From contig NC_043020.1 in the NCBI RefSeq assembly GCF_006345805.1, positions 29,140,001-29,204,000 of the forward strand: a DNA stretch of 64,000 bases, given 5' to 3'. Each line of letters begins with the position of its first letter. The first letter of the stretch is position 1. Positions 24,119 through 37,387 of this stretch are shown piece by piece. The stretch comes from Octopus sinensis. Taxonomy: Eukaryota. The position numbers and the translations under genes were made by a program. Under the pieces are notes generated by a model. That model was not told the DNA's origin. It ran no database searches and saw only the letters and a list, made by a program, of their open reading frames with translations.

Positions 24119-24629
24119 TCATACGAGGAACATGAATACGGTGACTGAGAAATCCTATTACAGCTTCTTCATCTCGAATAACCTGTGTGTAAAATTCTTT
24201 TGCTCTCATCACGACTTCTTTCAATGGACTCAGGACTAAAAACATTTAAATCATAAAAAGTCTTTTTTTTCTTTTCTTTTTTTTTGGTTTATAAACCAAA
24301 CCAATCAGAAGTCAAGTGAATAGAACAATTTTAAATGTAGACCACAAACTATGCTGTTTGAACTAATGTAGATCACATACTACCCCGGTACCGATCTGTC
24401 ACTAGCCAGAAGAGGACAAAAGGAAAATAAATGGTTCATAAAATTAGGACAGCAACCAACAATAGAAGTGTGAGACATTTTACAAATAATTTAAGACTAC
24501 AAAATGGAAGGATATACGAAGGTTGGTCTATCCAATTAGTCATGTTAATGGGTGTTATGAGTTTTATTCTCAGTCGTCTGTATGTTCCCTCTTTCCTACA
24601 GTTCAGGTGTTTATGCATTTTTCTTTTTG

Positions 24630-24958
24630 GCCCTTAAGAACCCCCTTTGGTCATGAATGACCATGGGATTGCACCTAAGTTTCCCTTCTGCACCTAGGAA
24701 GTCTGGGCAAGGTTGCTTATGGAAGACCAGCAGTCGCCCGTGCATACCAGCCTCCTCTCGCCATACCACTGATGTTATCCAGGGGAAAGGCAAAGGGGTC
24801 GATACGGCTTGGTACCAGTGATGTCGCAACTCATTTCTACAGCTGAGTGAACTGGAGTAACATAAAATAAAGTGTCTTGCTCAAGGACACAACACGCAGC
24901 CCGGGCCGGGAATCGAACTCATTGCCTCATGATTGTGAGCCATTGAGTCACGTGCCTT
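24630..24958 (-). mobile_element. tRNA-derived SINE, distinct family
   Basis: gagttcgattcccggcccgggctgcgtgttgtgtccttgagcaagacac head/core. Confidence 0.7.
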
Positions 24959-25912
24959 TTAATGTTAAATATCACCAGATTATTATCTGTATGGTGACTC
25001 ACTATGTGAAACCTGAATGATGAAACAGACCATGTCTGCATAATCATTTATTCATGGATCATTAATCAATTAGTCTACCACTCTTACATCATTGCTGAGA
25101 GGAAGCTGTTCCACATCACAGATTTCTTTCTGCTTTTGTAAACAACCTCTCAGTCCTCTCCTCACCAGGATCTGTTTCATGTTTTCTCGTTGATATTAAC
25201 AATGTAACGATATTGTTGTAATGACATTAAGTATATCAAATATCATCATCCCTCATCATCCCTCATTATCATCATCTTTCAACGTTTATTCTGGCATGAG
25301 TTGGGTGGTTGTTAAAAAATCTGATGAATCCATGGCTTGCGTCATGTTCTACTGTCTGCTTCTAAGCACCAACCACCTCACAGTGAGTTTGGAGTGCTTT
25401 TCTTTCTTTCTTTGTGGCACCAGCACTAGTGAGGTCGCCATGCAGCTCACAAGACTCAGAACCCCTTCATCAGACTGGAACTACAGTAAATATAGGTAGC
25501 TTTAGAAGGGGTCAAACAGGTTTCTTACTGTAGAGGTACTTTACAACTGGAGAAGGGCGGGTGAGAGTCACTGAGGTGGGGCTGGAAAGGGAGATAAAAT
25601 GGAGGTGAGGAAGTACCAGGGTGGGCAGAGAAGATGCAAGAAGAGGAATAGAGATGAGTGGAGTCTGAAGAACAGAGAGTGAGGATGGTTTTGGAGCTTT
25701 GGCTCCGATTTTAACAAGTAGTATTATATATATACTACTGAATCTGGCGGCATGGATTTCCACCTCGGCATCCGAAACTCGGAGTTTTATCATGGCTACT
25801 GAATAATTGTCACATATTACATTTACAGATAAATTCCTCTATTTACATAATATCAAGGTCTCTTTCTTTCTTTTCTTATCTTACCGTTTTATCAATATCT
25901 ATATAACATATA

Positions 25913-25949
<37 letters not shown>

Positions 25950-25984
25950 TATATCTATATAATATTTTATTTATTTTGTAGAAG

Positions 25985-26037
25985 GAGCTTCTACAGAACT
26001 AGGACTGTTTCATTCAAAAGAAATCATCAGGAAGCTT
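25985..26037 (-). ncRNA. Type I hammerhead ribozyme motif, canonical core
   Basis: AGCUUC-CUGAUGA-UUUCUUUUGAAU-GAAA-CAG(UCCUAGUU)CUG-UA/GAAGCU, followed by AATAAA. Confidence 0.75.
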
Positions 26038-26372
26038 GCTGTCAAAATAAGTCTTGGCATTTATACATTTAGGCAGATTTAATGGGGTGGTGGTGGGGGA
26101 CATTTTCTGGGTAAGCAGGGCACAAACTTTCTTTCTTAGGGGAGTGGTCAAAAGAGTCAGTGATAAAGTAAATAAATAAATGAATAAATAGAATTATTGA
26201 ATAGAGTTTTAGGTAAATTAGAAGACTATGGCTTTTAGTCAGTTTGTTGTTGTTGTTATTATTAAGTGGGGGGAAGAAGTAGATAAGTATACATAAAAGA
26301 ACATATAAAATAAAAACAAAAATAAATATACTTACAAACCCACACACACATACATACATATAAATACACCAG

Positions 26373-26414
<42 letters not shown>

Positions 26415-27294
26415 TGGGTTTGTAAGTATATTTATTTTCGTTTTTATTTTATATTACATATTTTGTATTACACCACCACTGTTTAGCCCTAAGACACAGG
26501 AAAAAAAAATGTGTCAAAGCCATCAGGAAGCGTCGATGCTTCCTAGGGCTAAACAGCGGTGGTGTAATCCCCTACAGTCACGTTCACGTTAGATTGACAG
26601 TATACAACCATTCTATATATATATATATATGTATATACACACGGTGGGCTTCTTTGAGTTTCTGTCTGCCAAATATACATATATGAATTTATATATATAT
26701 ATATACATGATGGGCTTCTTTCAGTTTCCGTCTGCCAAATTCACTCACAAGGCTTTTGTGCCCAAGGCTATATAGTAGAAGACACTTGCCCACGGTGCCA
26801 CGCAGTGAGACTGAACCCAGAACCATGTGGTTGGGAAGCAAGCTTCTTACTGCACAGTCATACCTACACCTACAACACCTACGCCTGTCCAGCTGCGGAG
26901 TTAAGCTAAATACATATGACATCTGCAAAGGAAACCAGCCGGAAAAGCTATTGTATTACTTCAGACTGCTTGTTTAATGTTACAGGAAGAGTTTTATTTT
27001 TCTGCAGTAACAAAACTGAAACCAACCACATTATTTCTGGGAAATGTGTTGTTATCTTCCGGCTAATCTCTTCAAAAGTTTTAGCAAAGCTTTATTGATA
27101 GTGATATCTCGTTAATGTTTAACCCTGACGAAGGAACTGGATAACAAAACAAAGTGGTAAGATATAAAAGTGTCAATCAATTACATTAAGTAGCTAATAA
27201 ACGATAATTAAATCATCAGCTTGGTTTGATTAGGCATACCTTATCTTGCCTAATGAGAGGAAGTATGTTGCTAATATGTGTGTGTGTGTGTCTC

Positions 27295-27687
27295 TTTACT
27301 CTCTCTCTCTCTTTTACTTGTTTCAGTCATTTGACTGCGGCCATGCTGGAGCACTGCCTTTAGTCGAGCAAGTCGACCCCGGGACTTATTCTTTGTAAGC
27401 CCAGTACTTATTCTATCGGTCTCTTTTTGCCGAACCGCTAAGTGACGGGGACGTAAACACACCAGCATCGGTTGTCAAGTAATGTTGGGGGGACAAACAC
27501 AAACATATATATACATATATACGACGGGCTTCTTTTCAGTTTCTGTCTACCAAATCCACTCACAAGGCTTTGGTCAGCCCAAAGCTATAGTAGAAGACAC
27601 ATGCCTAAGGTGCCACGCAGTGGGACTGAACCCGGAACCATGTGGTTCGTAAGCAAGCTACTTACCACACAGCAACTCCTGCGCCTG
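27295..27687 (-). mobile_element. Full-length family A SINE
   Basis: Same organisation as 21850-22265. Confidence 0.9.
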
Positions 27688-27769
27688 TGTGTGAATTTTT
27701 TTTTTTTTCGTTTAAACCATTTGACATGCTGGAAATGTTTAATCACTTGAATCAACTCCAGTATCCTCA

Positions 27770-28425
27770 TCACCCTCGTTTAACATCTGCCTTCTGTGCT
27801 GGCATGGGTGGAACGGTTTGACAGGAGCCAGCCAGATGGAAATCTGCACCAAATTTCTGTAACTGTTTTGTCTGGATTTTTACAGCTGGATGCCCTTCCT
27901 GTCACCAACCACCCCACAGAATGGACTGAGTGCTTTTTACATGACACAAACACACGTGAGGTCAGTTTTGGCAAGGGTTTTACAGCTGGGTGACCTTCCA
28001 AATGACAACCACTTTATACTGTGGACTGGGTACTTGTAAGAGGCACCTGCACTGACAGGGTCACCAAGTACTTGCAAAGGCCAAAAAAAACCCACTTTTG
28101 ATAGGGGAAGGAGCATTGGAGGAGGTGATCTTGTGTTGGATGAGGAAAGGTTACAATGAGGCAGAAACAGTTGTCTTGCTGTAGAGGAGGTGTATATATA
28201 TATGTGTGTGTGTGTGTGTGCATTTATAATTATGTATGTGTACACATATATCATCATCATCGTTTAATGTCCGCTTTCCATGCTAGCATAGGTTGGACGA
28301 TTTTGACTGAGTGCTGGCGAACCAGATGGCTGCACCAGGCTCCAATCTTGATCTGGCAGAGTTTCTACAGCTGGATGCTCTTCCTAATGCCAACCACTCC
28401 GAGAGTGTAGTGGGTGCTTTTTACA
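27770..28425 (-). mobile_element. Two family D elements
   Basis: catcgtttaatgtccgctttccatgctagc motif and a diverged copy. Confidence 0.7.
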
Positions 28426-28961
28426 CCTATAATATATATACAAATTGAGATAGGGGTTGTAAATGCAACCCTCCATGGGATAACATATATCCAATATACT
28501 GCTAGTGAAGTACCCAACAAAGTTAATACATAAATGTTAATGATTGCGATGCAATCAATTCATTTACTGTATTATATGGGCAAAGGTAAAATGATTTACC
28601 ACAAATTACTAATACAAGATAAGAAAATGGAGAAATGATTTAGATGTATTTCTCCATTTTCTTATCTTGTATATATATATATATAGTATAGGTGTGTGTG
28701 TGTGTGTATATGTATATTGTATATATATATATGTATAGGTGTGTGTGTGTATATGTATATATATATATATGTGTGTGTGTAATGTACATGTGTTTGTGTA
28801 TGTATATACGAGTGTCTTTATGTAATTCAAATTTATGGAAAACAAAAGACTAAGACAGGAAATAATTTACAATCAATAACTAAATAACTAAGTACGTGTG
28901 GAAAAGAAAATTTTATTGAAATATAAAAAAAAAAATCAATAGAAATTTTTGCGGAAGCAAC

Positions 28962-29240
28962 CTAAGTCTCTTCCATATTTAATTTGAACGAAAGAATGTC
29001 ATTTGTCCGTAGAAGTGCATGGGGCAGCTTTCCTATTGGTGTTTGTAGATCTCGCACCATCAGGTTCTCAAAGTTAAGGTCGGCTAATAATAGTTTACCG
29101 GAGACTATGTTATTTTCTTGCATGATTAAATCTGCATGGTTGCCATCTAATGCCAGCAGGAAACGAAGGAACCGTTCTCGGAGGAATGCTCTGTCGGTCT
29201 GTTGTTGCTCCTCTTCCTCTTTCTTAGTTAATTCTTGCAT
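28962..29240 (-). CDS. GEMIN7: Gem-associated protein 7 (Sm-like fold, SMN complex), 92 aa
   Basis: RAFLRERFLRFLLAL...DLQTPIGKLPHALLRTNDILSF matches Gemin7 RAALRERYLRSLLAM...QLQTPIGVQAEALLRCSDIISY. A poly-T/TAG acceptor lies 2 nt before the ATG; AATAAA at 28912-28917 follows the stop. Confidence 0.92.
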   Translation of the reverse strand: MQELTKKEEEEQQQTDRAFLRERFLRFLLALDGNHADLIMQENNIVSGKLLLADLNFENLMVRDLQTPIGKLPHALLRTNDILSFKLNMEET

Positions 29241-29376
29241 TGCTACAAAAAAAAAAAAAAAAAGGAATGGTTCAAATATACAGCCTTGGCCAAAAGTATT
29301 AAACTACCCCCAATGTTTTGGAGTTCTGCGATCTCAAGGTCATGAAACTCGCGCACATGGTAGATTATGGTATATA

Positions 29377-29424
<48 letters not shown>

Positions 29425-29454
29425 TGTGTGTGTGTGTGTGTTGTGTGTGTGTCA

Positions 29455-29905
29455 TCATCATCATCATCGTTTAACGTCTGTTTTCCATGCTAGCATGGGT
29501 TGGACGGTTCGACCTGGGTCTGGGAAGCCAGGAGGCTGCACCAGGCTCCAGTCTGATCTGGCAGTGTTTCTACAGCCGGATGCCCTTCCTAACGCCAACC
29601 ACTCTGAGAGTGTAGTGGGTGCTTTTACCTGCCACCGGCACGAGGGCCAGTTAGGTGGTACTGGTAACGGCCACGCTCAAATGGTGCTTTTTATGTGTCA
29701 CCTGCACAGGAGCCAATTCAGCGGCACTGGCAACGACCTCGCTCGAATGTTTTTTTCACGAGCCACCGGCACAAGTGCCAGTAAGGCGACTCTGGTAACG
29801 ATCATGCTCGAATGGTGCTTTTTACGTGCCATCGGCACGGAGGCTAGCTTGTTGCTCTGGCAACGATCACACTCGTGTGGTACTCTTAGTGCTCCTCTAG
29901 CAACG
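29455..29905 (-). mobile_element. Family D element in the putative GEMIN7 intron
   Basis: (CAT)n tail plus repeated gtgccaccggcac units. Confidence 0.75.
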
Positions 29906-30501
29906 GATGCCAGTCATCGAATTCAATTTCGATTTCGTACATTTGACAGAGTAATCTGTGAACGCTAAAATGGTTGAAGAACTGAGTGCTATTTCTAGAA
30001 TGTTCCAAGATAGAAAAAAAAAAGCTGATGGATGCAGATATGAATGTAGAGAGAGAATAATGTAAGGTGAAAATGTAATCAACCGCAGAGACGGTTAAAC
30101 ATACATATTGAAGTAAGCATCTCTTAATAAGCACGTGTTGTCAAACTGTAAACACATGGAATATTATCACAAATACGGTTGTTTCGACGCACCTACATAT
30201 CTAATTTCTGTATGTATTGAGTGTGGAATGGAGATAACAATAACAAAAAAAGAAATACAACGTTGCATTTTAAACTTGAGAAAAACCTTGCATATTTATA
30301 ACGTACGTACGTACGTATGCATGTGTATGCGGCCAACAATATTTGTATTATTTATCGATATAAGAGAAAGAGAGAAAGATTGGGAAAACCCAAAAAGAAT
30401 AATGGGGAACAGAGAAAGAAACAAACAATGAAAGATAAAGTTTATAAAAGAAAGGTTGAAGTGGTTTCGAAAACTGTCGCGGTTCTGTTATCGTCACTTA
30501 C

Positions 30502-30700
30502 CATAAACTTATCTCTGGGAAATTCCCAGTGGTAAAAATTAATAGCTTTCACTTTGGCTGTGTTTGTGCTCTAATTTTCAGTTTTCAATTCGGTCGGTTC
30601 ACTTTCGCAATTAGCTTCGCATTAACGAGAGACAAGTGCGAGCGAATCGCATGGAAATGTCAATCGGAGGGAGGTACACGGAACAGCCGCTCCGGAGCTC
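30502..30700 (-). promoter_or_regulatory. Candidate GEMIN7 5' UTR exon and promoter
   Basis: ATG|GTAAGT donor at 30501 in a CpG-richer unique stretch upstream of the acceptor at 29243; palindromic GGGAAATTCCC at 30517-30527. TSS not defined. Confidence 0.45.
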
Positions 30701-31107
30701 TCTAAAAGCAGGGGAGACTATAAGAGAGTTATTTCCCTTGCAACGTGATTTCTAATTTCAAACATTCAATTAGGGAGTATTCGAAAGCCAATCGCTTGGA
30801 GCTTTTTTTTATCTTTTACTTCTTTCATTCATTATACGGTGGCCATGCTGGAGCACCACCTTGAAGCATTTAAATCAAGGAAATCGACCCCAGCATCTCT
30901 TTCTGTTTTTGTTATTTTTTGTTTTCTTATCTTCTTTCAAACTTCCTACTTGTTCTACCGTTTTCTTGTTCTTCTTTCAGAGTGAGATTTGCGATCCTGC
31001 TAGAAGTTATGGGAACGTAAACAAACCAACACTGGTTATCAAGCAGTTGTGGGGAACAAGTACAAAAACACACATACATACACTCACACATGTGCATATA
31101 TATATAT

Positions 31108-31142
<35 letters not shown>

Positions 31143-31146
<4 letters not shown>

Positions 31147-31498
31147 CAGGAGTGGCTGTGTGGTAAGTAGCTTGCTTACCAGCCACATGGTTCTGGGTTC
31201 AGTCCTACTGCGTGGCACCTTGGGCAAGTGTCTTCTACTATAGCCTCGAGCCGACCAAAGCCTAGTGAGTTGTTTTGGTAGACGGAAACTGAAAGAAGCC
31301 CGTCGTATATATGTATATATATATAAATGTGTGTGTGTGTGTGTGTTTGTCCCCCCAACATTGCTTGACAACCGATGCTGGTGTGTTTACGACTCCCGTT
31401 ACTTAGCGGTCCGGCAAAAGAGACCGATAGAATAAATACTAGGCTTACAAAGAATAAGTCCAGAGGTCGATTTGCTCGACTAAAAAAGGCGGTGCGCC
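31143..31498 (+). mobile_element. Family A SINE (3'-truncated)
   Basis: ggcgcaggagtggctgtgtggtaagtagcttgc head and core. Confidence 0.9.
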
Positions 31499-31684
31499 AG
31501 TATACACACACACACACAGATATATATATATATATATATAAGGTAAACAGAAAATGCAGAAAATTTATATATATATAAACTTTGTGCATGTATATATATA
31601 TATATATATATATAAATTTTCTGCATTTTTTGTTTACCTTATATATATATATATATGTTTATTGATTTTTTATTTTTTTATTTT

Positions 31685-33470
31685 TATCTAGTTTCAGCTC
31701 ACATGCTGTGGCCATGCTGGGGCACCGCCATTTGGTGTTGCTACATGATTTTACTTCACGAGTGCTTTTTAGCAATTGCCATTTGGTGCATGAGAGAGTT
31801 CGATGCAGCTGCCCTCATCTGCACCTCCTGCCGTGAAGTTGGTTCATCTGGGATACCTGACAGGAAGAGATCCAGCTTTATTTTAAAGACATCTGCATCC
31901 ACCCCATGCAGGTCTCTTAGGTTCTTCGGGAGGATATTGAAGAGCTGTGGGCCTCGGAATCCCAGGCTATCACAGAATCTTGTCCTACATCTTGATGGCA
32001 AATTTGGAGTCCTTGGCACTGTGCAGTGGCGCCCAGTTCTGGCATTTGTGTAACTCTCGATGCCAAAGTTTGGGACAAGTCCTTCTAGGATCTTCCAGAT
32101 GTATATTATGGCATATCTTTCTCGCCTACGCTCTAAGGAATAGAGTCTCAATCTCTTTCCCAATAGCTTATATGCTGCACAGAGGCTATCTTCTTCGTGT
32201 AGCTTCGTTGGATCGCCTCAAGTTCTGTGATTAACTTGACACTGGATGGTGACCATAGCTGAGAGCAATAGTCAAAGTGGCTTAGGACAAGTGTCCTCCA
32301 GAGGACCATCATGGTTTCCTGGTCTCTTGTTCTAAAGGTTCTGAGAATCCATCCGGTCAGCCGCCTACATTTCATTGCCAATTTAGCAACATGCACATGA
32401 AAGGTTGCATCATCACTCATGTAAATACCCAGGTCTCGCACTGATTGTGCCTCTGGGATTGCAATCCCTCCGGGTCCAGTGTGTTTATTGGGTATTGCAT
32501 TTAGTTTTGCATGCTGATAGCATAAAGCTTGAAACTTTTCAGCATTTAACTGCTTCCTTTTCAGCCCACTTGTATATTTTGTCCAGCTCACATTGCAGGT
32601 GCTTAGTGTCTTCAGGGTTCTATACTGCCTGTGAAACTTTTGTATCATCTGCATAACTTGTGATCGTGGCTCTCTACGTGGCTGAGGGCATGTCTGAGAG
32701 GGCCATTATGAACAGTAGTGGTCCCAAAACAGTGCCTTGCGGAACACTGCTCACTATTTGCGTGTTATTGGAAGTGGCCCCATTGGCTACTACCACCTGA
32801 CTTCTATCCTTCAGAAAGTCATAAAGCCATTCTCCCAATTTTCCAACTATGCCAAGATCACGCAGTTTGTGACATATCATTCCATGGTCGACTTTATCAA
32901 AGGCCTTTGCAAAGTCGAGATATATGACTTTCACATTTGAGTGGTTGAGCAGTCGTTTCAGCACCCAGTCATAGTGTTGTAGGAGCTGAGTTAAGCTGCT
33001 TCTTCCTGGTTGGAAACCATATTGGGTGTCAGGCAGCAAGTCATTTTCTTCAAGGAAGGTGATCAGTTTCCTTGTGACTATTCGTTTATGACCTTGCTGA
33101 TGTGTGAGGTCAGAGAGATAGGTCTGTAGTTCTTGGCCTCCGCTCTGCTGCCTCCTTTATGAATAGGGCATATTTTACCTTCCTTCAGTTTTCTTGGGAG
33201 TTTACCATTGCAAGGAAGCTCTGAAAGAGGAACTGCAGTGGTCTTGCTAGGACTCTCTTACATACTTTTAGAAGGATTGCTGGGAATCCATCGGGGCCAG
33301 TAGCTGAGTTTGTTTTCATTTCATCAATAGCCTTTATTACATCGTCTTCCTTTATATTGATATAATCAATCATCGCTGCCTCTGATTTTATATCTGCAGT
33401 GGTAAAGAAGTCAGTTGGATTGCTGACTTGAAAATGCCCTAGGGGTGGAGTGAAAATACTCTTGAATTTA
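31685..33470 (-). mobile_element. 5'-truncated CR1-clade LINE (RT pseudogene)
   Basis: QYGFQPGRS, YLDFAKAFDKV, VPQGTVLGPLLF, SYADDTK, YCSQLWSP motifs; stops and frameshifts. Confidence 0.92.
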
Positions 33471-34033
33471 TATATATATAAAATAAACAGAAAATATGCA
33501 GAAATGTATATTACTTATACATCCTGTTAAAAAATTAACCCACCAATTAATGTTTAAGTTTAGTCTGTTACTTAACGTCCTGAAGCGTCACATGGTATGA
33601 TTTAAATATATTAAGCCTGTTATCTTCTTCTCGGGGTTCTTCTTTTCTTTTCTTTTCTTTTATGTATTTTTCTTCGCTCTGATGAAGCTCCACGTTCCAG
33701 GTCGAACGTGTTACCAAATATGATGAATATTATTTTCAGAATTTTCAATGGCAATACCGTGGGACACTGGAAACAGAAACAGCTGTTAGATGGGATACAG
33801 CTTATTTGTATTAAAAAGTAATAATTGATGTTAGTTAATTGTTGCAGATGAATATTTCTCCATTTTCTGTTTACTTTAAATTTGATTCCTGATAAACTCA
33901 TATTTATCTTTGTCATTGCCTGTGTCCTATGAATATAATATGCTAGTATATGTATGTCCAGGGTTAACATAAGTAATTATGCCGATAATAAAACGGATAT
34001 TTTTATCCCTTAGACGGTTATTCCAACCTCTAA

Positions 34034-34079
<46 letters not shown>

Positions 34080-34295
34080 GTAAGCAGAGTTACGCCCCTT
34101 GTCTCAAATAGTCTAATGTAGTGTATGGGGGGTGTAGGTGCGTGTGTGAGAATGGGCTTTCTTTCATTGTTTTTTTTATCGTGTTGAGCATTTTAGATAT
34201 ACTTACAAAAATCTTTAGGTCAGTCCATCGGGAGAATTTGATTTTCAAGCCTTTGTACACACTTTGAACACATTGTGTATAAATGATGCCACATA

Positions 34296-34332
<37 letters not shown>

Positions 34333-34739
34333 TGTGTGAGTATTTGTATGTGTTGTGTTGGTCAAGTTCATTTTTGTATAAGCAAAGTTACGTCCCTTGT
34401 CTGTGGCGTGTGTGTTTGTGTTTGTGTGCGAGAGAATAGGTTTTCTTTCATTTTTTTTGTTTTTATTATAGAATATTTCAAATACACAGTGATACCTCGC
34501 AGTTTTTTATGGGTTTTTGAAACTGAAAACGTGTTTGTTGGCACTCCTTTGCTTACGACGACGACGAGGGTTCCAGTTGATCCGAATCAACAGAACAGCC
34601 TGCTCGTGAAATTAACGTGCAAGTGGCTGAGCACTCCACAGACACATGTACCCTTAACGTAGTTCTCGGGGATATTCAGCGTTGCACAGAGTGTGACAAG
34701 GTTGGCCCCTTTGAATTACAGACACAACAGAAACAGGAA

Positions 34740-34925
34740 AAAAGAGAGAGAGGAAGTTGTGGTGAAAGAGTGCAGCAGGGTTCGCCACCACCCCCTCCCG
34801 GAGCCTCGTGGAGCTTTAAGTGTTTTCGCTCAATAAACACTCACAACGCCCGGTCTGGGAATCGAAACTGCGATCCTATGACCACGAGCCTGCCGCCCTA
34901 ACCACTGGGCCATTGCGCCTCCACA
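34740..34925 (-). mobile_element. Family C SINE 5' half
   Basis: Head gtggaggcgcaatggcccagtggttagggcgg. Confidence 0.8.
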
Positions 34926-36629
34926 AAACAGAAAACGTTTAGTTACAAGTAAAATGACAATTATGAAAAAGAGAATGCAAAAGAAATATGTAAACTGGTT
35001 TTATTAACTAAATTACTTTAAAGATGGGACATTTTGTGCGCGAGGAAGACGATGGAGCACCGAGGAGGAGAATTACGGTTTAGGAGGAGATTTTACTTCC
35101 ATTAAAGAATCCAGGAAGAACAATTTCTGACGTTTTCTTTCTCTCAGTTCGCTTAATTTAGGCTTTTTGGACACATTTCCCTCGCTTTTTACTTTTGCAG
35201 GTCGTTTCATTAGAAACGTATCAAGAGAAGTCTGCTTTTTCCTGTTATTTCAAAATGATACGAAAATACGCCGCCAGGGCAGTGTCGTTAAATAAGGCAG
35301 CTGCCCGACCTGAAGATACTTTTTTCAGGATGAAAGGCGGCGAGGAGCTGGCAGAAAGGTTAGCACGCCGGACGAAATGCGTAACCGTATATAATATATA
35401 TATAGTTAATCCAAACAAGAAAACACAGAAAAAACACAGCAACGCGAGGACGTGGAACAATTAAAGTATTATTTGACGCTCAGGAAAGAAGGGAAGGAGG
35501 GTTCAACGTTTCGAGCGGAGCTCTTCGTCGGAAACATAGGAGAAGGAAAGATCCCGAGAAGGGAAGACAGAGGAAAAAAATATTTTATATATATTTATAT
35601 AAAAATATTTTATATATATATATACACACACACCTCGATATGTAAGTTCCACTCTCTATACATTCCGCTCCTACGCAAACAGGAGTGGGCAGTAAAGAAA
35701 TAGGAATATAAGTCCTATGCAAGTCCATTTTTACATCTGGAAGAGTTGGTCCATATTAGGCCGGCCTCTATTCTTTGACCTGTCCAGTATTTGAGGCCCT
35801 AACAGGAAGCTTGCACTCTCCTGGCATATACCTCATTGAAGAACACAATCCACCAGACAGCAACAAAAGACTGGACCATGTCGTGGTCCTCGATCACTCA
35901 TGCTGATTCGTCGGAGCGATGAGGACCACCTTACTCATCAGTCAAGATAAATGATGACTGCGCGATAACTTTGTTTAAAGTGAAGAAGAGTTGCACGCCA
36001 TTAACCTCACTCTCTCGTCCGTGGCCATCTTCGGACCAATGTGACAAGACTAGATCCAGGTGACTGGGGATGGAAACGGATGCAGTGAGTGACCGAGACG
36101 TTTTACTTGCATCTTCATGCTCTCTGCATTCTGCAGTACGTTGTCGCAGCCGCTTTCCTCTCCGTTGAACCATGACGGTTCCATCCACAGAGTCTGCAGA
36201 ATCCAGCCTTCGCATACATCGGTAGGCAAACTCTTAACTCAACAAGAGTTACATACGTTGACCCTGTTGACATTCACCAAAATCACTAGGCATTCGTAGA
36301 GGAAGCAATCCCTGATGAGTCGTCGACTACAGACGAAACCGAGCAACTCATTCCGCATTCCAATCTGCCAAAGGAAAGCACCGTCATTGTGGGCACCGTG
36401 ATTGAAAGCACGAGGCCTAAGTTCACACCAAGAATAAATATACCTTTAATAATTTAAATATGCCTTTTCATACTCTTAAATATATGCATATGTCTTTATC
36501 TACAAGTTTATTTTTAGCCTGTGTCACTGTGTTTGAGTCGTCAAAGAATTCCTGTTTGTGTAGGAGTGGAATGTATGGAGGGTGAAACTTACATATCGAG
36601 GTGTGTGTATGTGTATATATGTGTATGTA

Positions 36630-36641
36630 TGTATTTGTATA

Positions 36642-36723
<82 letters not shown>

Positions 36724-36953
36724 GTGTGGTTGTGTGTGTGTGTGTGTATGTATATGTATATTTATATATGTGTGTGTATTTGTATATATATTTATATATG
36801 TGTGTGTATGTATGTATGTATATATTTGTATATATGTGTATATATATGTGTGTGTTTGTATATATATATTATATATTTGCATGCACATACACTCATACAT
36901 ACATAAGTGTGTGTCAATCTAAATCAATCTATCTATTTGTCTGTCCGTCTGTC

Positions 36954-36985
<32 letters not shown>

Positions 36986-37011
36986 TGTGTGTATGTATGT
37001 ATATGTGTGTA

Positions 37012-37044
<33 letters not shown>

Positions 37045-37087
37045 ATGTGTGTATGTGTGTGTGTATGTGTGTGTGTATGTATGTATG

Positions 37088-37118
<31 letters not shown>

Positions 37119-37356
37119 TGTGTGTATGTGTGTGTGTATGTGTGTTGTATGTATGTATGTTGTATGTATGTATGTGTGTATGTGTGTGTATGTGTGTGGG
37201 TATGTATGTATGTATGTTGTATGTATGTATGTATGTATGTATGTGTATGTATGTATATGTGTGTATGTGTGTTGTATGTATGTATGTATGTATGTATGTA
37301 TGTATGTATTATGTATGTATGTATATGTGTGTATGTGTGTGTGTATGTATGTATTG

Positions 37357-37387
<31 letters not shown>

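Noticed and set aside
24140-24260. Minus-strand EFYTQVIRDEEAVIGFL reminiscent of a Merlin/ISXO2 transposase N-terminus
   Set aside because: Too short and no catalytic motifs or TIRs seen.
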